A DNA stretch of 23,117 bases. It comes from Craspedostauros australis. Lineage: Eukaryota. The position numbers were made by a program, and so were the translations under genes. The stretch covers positions 62,001-85,117 of the forward strand of contig JALAGF010003204.1 in NCBI GenBank assembly GCA_030167865.1. The letters are read 5' to 3'. Below, in pieces: positions 19,613 through 23,117 of this stretch. The notes beneath the pieces were generated by a model. That model searched no databases and was not told the origin of the DNA. It was given only the letters and a program-made list of their open reading frames with translations. Position 1 is the stretch's first letter. Each line of letters opens with the position of its first letter.

Positions 19613-21331
19613 TTAATTGTCGCCGTTGACCTTGGGCTTGAGCCACAGATCGGCTGCGGCCTCCACCTGCGGTCGCAACCACGACGTGGCGCGTGGCATG
19701 GCCCTGTCGGCGGCGTAGTCGACAATGAAGCTTGGCAGGGCTCTTGAGATTTGCACCTCGCACAGCAGGTACACTCGTGTGAAACCCTTCATGTTGCGTT
19801 GCGGTTGTATTGTATTTGTGTGCCAAGGGAACGAGTAGAAATAATGGGCAATGAGATGGATGAGATTTTCAATCATATATTGAGAGACAGCGCATATGCA
19901 CATGACGATGGAACAGATCTTCAAAAATAGCACAGCACATTCCAACGGAACAGATCACGCAACCATGTGTTCAGAGCGTGTACTCACTTCTCTGCCTTCG
20001 GGCGCTTCCTCCGTGTACCACGTGCCCTTGGCCCCCTTGAGGACCATGTTGGTACAGGACGGATCGAGCGTGAACTCCATGTAGTCGCCATCAGGATGCG
20101 GCGTGTAGGTGTGAATGGCGGCAATGTTGAGACGGAATTTGGAGAGTACGAAGGCCGCGCGCGTGACGCTGGGCGTGCCGTAATGACGCGTCTCACGTCC
20201 CGTGCCAGGCAGGACGGGCTTCTCGTTGACGTATCCCGTGTTGAGCTTCTTGTTGGTGAAGAGCTGCATGTCTCGGACCGTCGGGATGGTCTCGGGGTAG
20301 GACTCGAAGTCGAGGAGGCATTCCCAGACGACGTAGGGCGGGGCCTGGACGTCGAGCACGACGAAGCCGGATCCTTCTCGGCCCATGCGGGACTGTTCCT
20401 GAACGCGCTCGCCGCGCTGGAGCTTGAGTATCTGATCCTTGGTGAGCTTGGGGAGTTTGAACGGCGGGGGTTCGCAGAATTGGGCGGCGGCGGGCGTGTC
20501 GGCCTTGATGGCATCGAGTTCGGCTGATCCGTTGACCCTTGGTCTTGATCCGTCGACGTTGCTGCTGCTCTTGCTGCCATTGATGTTGGCATTGGCGGAT
20601 GCGCCGTTTGTTGCGCCGCCGTTGATGGCCTGCGAACTTCCATTCAGCTTGCCATTGGCAGTCGCACCATTGGCCACGGCGCCGTTTTTCTGGCCGTTCG
20701 CCGACTTGGTCCATTCGAGCCGCTCGTCGGGGAATTGGATGTTCATGGTCTGCTCCAGAGTTCTGCCATTCGAAGTCGGCTGCGGCTTCATGCCGATGAC
20801 GAAATCATCGGTACCATCGCCGAGACCGCCCAACGTGGCCGCTTCCGCCACGACGGTGGCCGACGATGTGTTCTCGATTCCCGTTCGGCTGCGCGCACGC
20901 TCCAGGACAGCGCGTACGCGACGTCGCACCTGCAAGGGGCTGGATCGTCGCGCGCTGGTGCCTCTGGTATCTTTGGTGGCGTACATGGCCGTGGTTGGGG
21001 CGTTTGTGGATATTTGGGAGGCGGGTGCCGCCTTGCGTGCCCACGACGATGTGTGCAAGGGTGAAGCATAACTTCTTTGCGAGCAGTGCTGATGGTGGTG
21101 CTGATGATGGTGCTGTTGCGGGTTCTGGGCGTATAGTCGGTGCTGCTGTTGGTTGCGATAGTGGTAATTCTGCTGCTGCTGGAATGCGTCAGCGACGATA
21201 AGCGTCGTGAAGGAGCATACCGATATGTAGAGACAGAGCAGCCGGCGTCGTCGTCGTCTGCAATTGGTGACTGTGTTCACGCGGACTCTTGTGTCGGCGT
21301 CCTGCGCTGATGTTGATGAAGAATCCATCAT
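19613..21331 (-). CDS. START/SRPBCC (polyketide cyclase/Coq10-like) domain protein, about 505 aa, with a probable bipartite plastid presequence
   Basis: Exon 1 21331-19988, intron 19987-19787 (GTGAGT..AAG), exon 2 19786-19613. The C-terminal GSGFVVLDVQAPPYVVWECLLDFESYPETIPTV...GAKGTWY...LPSFIVDYAADRAMPRAT fits the helix-grip fold. The N-terminal hydrophobic stretch ends ADA|F. Confidence 0.8.
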
Positions 21332-22765
21332 GATGATTGGGGGATGTGCGAAGCTGAAATTGTGGCTGCTGGTTGCAAAGTCGACCGTCAGATTCGTTGG
21401 TATGATAGCGTGTCTAATCTGATGGGATTGAGCAAGGTGGGGCTGTGTGGTGTATCGCAATGCCGAGATCGGGTTCCTTTTGCACCTTGGGTCTTGTGCT
21501 GCCAAATGGTAAATAGTGGGAGTAGCTGGTAAGGTTCGAGCAGTGAAGAATGTTGCTGATTCAGTGGGGGTCCTCTTTTCTGAAAGAGAAGCCCTGGGAT
21601 TTGCTTGTTGAAGTGGCAGTAGCGGCGTGTCCTCTGGCTATTTGTGACTCAACGTTTTTGGTTGAAGACGGATTTCGATAGGAATGAGTTTGCGTGATCC
21701 GATGCGGAGCCAAGCAGAGTGGGCTGATCCGATGATGACGATGATGTTTTCGAGTGGATTTTCGCTATTGCTATTGCTGGTGTTGTTGTTGTTGTTGTCG
21801 TTTGTAATGTTATGGATGATGCTGATGAATCAGTCGTTGGCCCATTCGTTGGGAGCAGCAGAAACGGATGACAGCGAGTGATGATTGTGATTGTGGCTTT
21901 GATGGCAGCAACCTTCTTTGATGCGTTATGTGACGAGTGCTGTTGATGTGGAAGTGGCAGTTGTGGGATGCAGGCTGTGCCAAGTCATTCAAATGCGTTC
22001 GAGTTCCGCGCAGTTTGCTGTGCTTTGTTGTTTGATGATGTTTGTGATGATGAAGTGGTGAACTGGTGATGAAGTGATGATGTGATCGATGACGAAGCCA
22101 GCCACCAACGAGCAATGAACAACAATAGTAACCAACGAAGTGGCTGAAAGAAGTGATGGGTGTTGCTGTGTTCCTGTGGTGTATTGGTGTTGGTATTGGT
22201 GTTGGCAGTAGCAGTTGCAGTGGGGGATGTACGAATAGAGCAGAGTAACTCTTTCCTTCTGTGGCCTATGACCTGACCTGACCTGAATCTTGAGTTGACA
22301 AGGGACAGCTCAGCAAGGATGATGAGGTGGGAGGAACGTCGACGAGGCCAAACTCGAACTCAAAGTCAACCAACACACAGAAGGGCAGGGACAGAAAAGA
22401 AAGACACAAAGAGAAACAAGTCACAACGTCCGTGCTCTCGGATTGTTACGGCGTGCTGAGTGTGCGACATCATTTTCGATGCGTCATGATTCGTCGCACT
22501 GACTGCAACTACGTTGCAGTGTGGGGGCACATCATTCCAGAATCACTCGTGGGTTGGGACTCTGATGGGTGTGTGCGTGTGTGTTTGCGTTGTGTTGGCG
22601 AAATCCTTTGTGGTTGGGCAATCTCGCTGAGTCGTCGGTGGTGACGTAGGCGCAACAACCATCATCGTCATCATCTTCGAACCTTTTGACCAAACGGGTC
22701 GTGAATACAACCAATCCATGTTTGATTCCAACGATTCAAATGATCATGCGCGTCGATAAGAGCCC

Positions 22766-23031
22766 GATCAGTGAGTCGACCTGCACTTTGTCATGGGACT
22801 CAATAACTTTTATCTAGTAGATCCAAACCAAGCACATATTAGTAATCCTTATAATCTTCTTACAAATAATTAACCGATCGATTTTTGTTGTATATCCTTT
22901 TTTAAGTTTTATGTACAGTCAAAGATATGCTAAAGTCCTATGAGTCGACCCCATGAAACTCCTGCTTGTTTTTCAGAAGGTTCTATGCTGTTCCGAAGTA
23001 TTTATCGCCGGGTGATCAGTCACGGACCTGC
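22766..23031. mobile_element. AT-rich island with direct and inverted repeats; possible MITE/non-autonomous DNA transposon remnant
   Basis: 22801-22940 is about 27% GC by hand count (38/140). TGAGTCGACC occurs at 22772 and 22941, with imperfect inverted repeats nearby. GATCAGT..GACCTGC occurs at 22766 and 23014. Confidence 0.3.
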
Positions 23032-23117
23032 CTCGGAAGGAGTCGTTCGTTTGGTACACGTTAAATACACGTTAGCATCTGCGACATGATCTCACATTTT
23101 GCTCGTCACAAAACACA

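Noticed and set aside
2647..21071. Many long antisense or alternate-frame ORFs over the TPR, MTD1, CPS, PSMB3 and START genes
   Set aside because: Shadow ORFs caused by GC3-rich codon usage of the real genes.

Overview
Gene-dense eukaryotic nuclear DNA with spliceosomal introns, most likely a diatom or related stramenopile (inferred from an ASAF-like plastid presequence, a stand-alone fused carbamoyl-phosphate synthetase, AC-rich 5' leaders and many microsatellites). I assembled seven protein-coding genes by hand: a single-exon TPR protein (+); an Mtd1-type NAD-dependent methylene-THF dehydrogenase (+, 3 exons) with an unusual C-terminal membrane-anchor-like tail; a fused small+large glutamine-dependent CPS (+, 4 coding exons, one GC-AG intron, a probable 5'UTR intron and uORF); mitochondrial ATP synthase epsilon (-, 2 exons, not visible as one ORF) head-to-head with proteasome beta3 (+); an unknown protein (-, 3 exons) whose N-terminal domain resembles a highly diverged CG-1/NAC-type DNA-binding fold; and a probably plastid-targeted START/polyketide-cyclase protein (-, 2 exons). 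All ten inferred introns have 130-232 nt AG-free zones before the acceptor. An AT-rich, repeat-flanked, MITE-like island lies near the right edge. I recognised no rRNA, tRNA or CRISPR features. All homology calls are from motif recall, not database searches.
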